A DNA stretch of 62,720 nucleotides, counting the filler, from Hausera hauseri (lineage: Eukaryota), in assembly GCA_046269625.1 (NCBI GenBank). It is 10 parts of 10 records of this genome, joined end to end, with 100 filler letters (N's around TTAATTAATTAA, not from the genome) between each part and the next. Parts side by side here need not be neighbours in the genome. Positions count along the whole stretch, not along the records: positions 58,043 to 62,720 come from JBJURY010478687.1; 9 more parts are not named here. The stretch is one strand, 5' to 3'. The translations under genes and the position numbers were made by a program. The notes under the pieces are model-generated. The model was not told the origin of the DNA. It did no database searches and worked only from the letters and a program-made list of their open reading frames with translations. Shown here piece after piece: positions 60,132 to 62,720 of this stretch; position 1 is the stretch's first letter, and each line of letters begins with the position of its first letter.

Positions 60132-61239
60132 GTTGGTGTTTATATATACAAACGAATGGAGAGGGAAACGCAAGGCCCGAGAGGAAACAACAAAATAAAC
60201 AAACAATTATGTGTGGCGATGGCGCCATTACTGTGTTGTGTGATCGTTTACCAGATTTATCAATTTCCTCTCTGTTTTTCTGTTGTCTAGTGTGTCCTCC
60301 TCCTTCTTATCTATTTCTTTCGGTTCATTGAGTGCCTTTTTCACACAGATATTTTTTTCTTTTTTTCATTGTTTGGTCTTGGACCTTGAGTTTCCATCTC
60401 CTTTGATTTGTTTATTACTAATATGAAATCACCATTTTTATTTCCTGAATATTAATATTTTTACAAAAATGAAAGTTACATTGGTGAGGTGGTGGACGTA
60501 GCCAACAGTGTGACAGTTAACCCTTCCTCTGCTGCCACCATCCAAGGGAAAGTACTCGAATGGTGGAACTCTCCAGTTGGTTACCTAAGTCACAAACTAC
60601 CCTTTCGTGACTCCATTCTAATAATAAACGGACTCTTTCTTTCCGTGGCGCGTGAGTATATGGAGTATTTGACGAGGGGTGACGCGACACTGGTTCTCTA
60701 GGTCCGGATAACAATGTATCTGACTAACTCCCAAGTATGCTGCAGCTCAATCAGTTCACACACACTGCACCATCTTAACGCTCAGGACTTGTAAGTATTC
60801 CACTCAAATTGTCAACTTTCTTTATTTAATTAATATAACACAAATTTAGGCATCCAATGTAAAAGTCATAAAATTAAGCCATATGATAATGAAAATACAC
60901 ATTCCAGACGACAGACAGGAAAGACAAAAGATTATAAACACTTAGAACAATTACTATTACCACAATTCTGCTGAGCTCTGATCAAGTCTATCCTCTCTTC
61001 CAACGTTCCACTTTGCCACTGATCCCTTGACAATTCTTAAATTAGACAACAGTGACTGTCTTTCACAAACACACTAGCCTCTTCCTCCAACTTTACCTTT
61101 GTCAGTTCCAATCGTCAGATAATTCAAAGTCTAAACACAACTCACGAATTGTCAATCTGACGAGCTACTGTTTAGTTTCGATACGTATTGGAATGTCAGT
61201 AGGTACACGCTAGGTCTGTAATTCACGTCAGGTACATAC

Positions 61240-61400
61240 AAAACCACGATGAATCTGCTGCTCACAAGGCATTTACAAGACTAAAATGATGGAACTCGCT
61301 GGAACTGCTGCTCACAAGGTATACACAAAACCACGATTAGGAAACTCTTTGGATCTGCTGCTCACAAGGTATCCAAAAGACCACGATGATGGAACTCTAC
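61240..61400. repeat. Three imperfect tandem repeats of about 52 bp
   Basis: The core ctgctgctcacaagg recurs at about 61256, 61305 and 61355, with accacgat/ggaactc flanks. Confidence 0.8.
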
Positions 61401-62720
61401 TGTCAGTCATAATGCGAGAATATCTACCTGAGATTTATTGCAAATCATCTTCCATGCATTGAACTATACATATAATTCACATAACTTGAGACTGGCGGCC
61501 AGCATAAACCTTTCTAAGTCTACTGTTTCATAACCACTTCAATAACTTCAATGGTCAGTCATCATACAAGACTTGCGGCCATTTAATTATTCATTAAGTG
61601 CTCTGCTCTAAATCACTGTACATACTTCATTGATCAGTTATGAGGCAAGACTAGTGATCATTTAAAAGTGTATAACTTTGTTTACATCAGCTGACTGTCT
61701 TACGTCATCATCTGGTCAGTCAAAATGCGACAGGTGACCAAATGTCTTATACTGTTCATCAAATTTTACTTCTCAAACTAGTATAATTCAAAGACAAATT
61801 GTATATTCACATTATTCTGTCAAATGTCTTTCTCAGACGTAATTCCTACTTCTCTCAGCTAACGTGTTGTAAATTTACTCTTAAAAATATTTCATTAACT
61901 TGCTTTGGCCAACATACCAACTGGCCTAAGAACAATGTATTCGAAACTGATGTTTCTCCTTTGATTCTCACATATAATTTTCACTATTCCTCGAATATTT
62001 TGATCCTTTCATTCTGCTCCCACTGGACTTCTGAATGCTCGACGATTCTAACGAAGTTAATCGAAGCTGTAGGAATGAAACACATTCTTAGCATCAGTCT
62101 TCAGGATCAGAAGACTTTTCCTTCTGAAACCGAATTTGCTTTTCTCCCACACTGGGTTTCAAGGAGAATTTCTGCTCATATCACGGACATACTTGTCCTA
62201 TTCAACAAGTTTCTAGAGCACTTACGAACACCACTGTCCTGTTCAACGACGGAGAGAGAACTGTTTCTTACTTCTGAGTTTCTGTTTTTCTCGATCTCTC
62301 TCGTGAATACACTTAAAACAATTTTCTCGTGCTTATCCTTTCGCAGCTGAACAATTTCTCGAGCATTCCAGGAGCCAAGATTAGACTACTCTGACCATAT
62401 TGCCGTTCATAGTCGTCTCCCCCATTGTTTACATTAACACAATTTCTATTCCTTTCGCATTTTTCTTTTTGCACCTTATTTAATTCTGCCACAACATGGT
62501 AGGGGTGCACAACATTGTACACTGATTTTCAGTCTAGTGTATCTAGTGTATCAGACAACCCTACAACCACATAAATGTATGACATAAATCAAGTTTCAAA
62601 TGAAGCAATACTAGGGAGAATTCTAAAAGACCCTGACCCATATTACGAATTAGTGTATCTGCCAGATAAGTAGACTTGGGTTACATATAGCCACCAGTAT
62701 ATTGTATGGCTTGATATGCG

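Noticed and set aside
61240-61400. Repeat-spacer-like pattern, as a CRISPR array
   Set aside because: Only three degenerate units, the intervening sequences are similar to each other, the context is eukaryotic, and there are no cas genes.
60480-62520. Possible decayed retroelement; ORF 61799-62350
   Set aside because: The strand bias suggests eroded minus-strand coding, but no RT, endonuclease or gag motif could be read. The plus-strand ORF looks like an antisense shadow.

Overview
This window is not one locus. It is ten unrelated AT-rich contigs joined by an artificial 100-nt linker (N44-TTAATTAATTAA-N44): 1-4480, 4581-9670, 9771-14453, 14554-20120, 20221-29862, 29963-35309, 35410-46977, 47078-52660, 52761-57942 and 58043-62720. 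Almost all of it is invertebrate repetitive DNA. The main signal is a set of very large, cargo-laden Ty3/gypsy LTR retroelements seen as related, mostly decayed copies in contigs 1, 4, 5, 7 and 8, plus a cargo fragment in contig 2. Overlapping homology between contigs 1, 5 and 8 gives the order: chuvirus-like class III fusion glycoprotein, then PR-RT-RNaseH-IN, a signal-peptide/FN3-like/TM membrane protein, a probably spliced accessory ORF (unknown domain, catalytically dead REX4/ISG20-like exonuclease, unknown domain, RING), PPT and LTR. The env gene therefore lies upstream of pol and in its frame. Contig 7 holds a RING/IAP gene array followed by a Gag mega-polyprotein of more than 2800 aa with two pseudo-exonucleases, a ubiquitin-like domain, an AT-hook, a Bcl-2-like domain, FN3-like ectodomains, TM helices and ankyrin repeats. 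It resembles the giant planarian Burro elements. Also present are an intact gypsy pol with a -1 frameshift signal whose gag is joined to a bacterial BshA-like glycosyltransferase, Polinton/Maverick remnants (pPolB, integrase, dUTPase), several Tc1/mariner/maT/DD37E/pogo relics, and two exons of a gastropod-type chemosensory GPCR. All domain calls are by visual motif recognition; no database searches were run.
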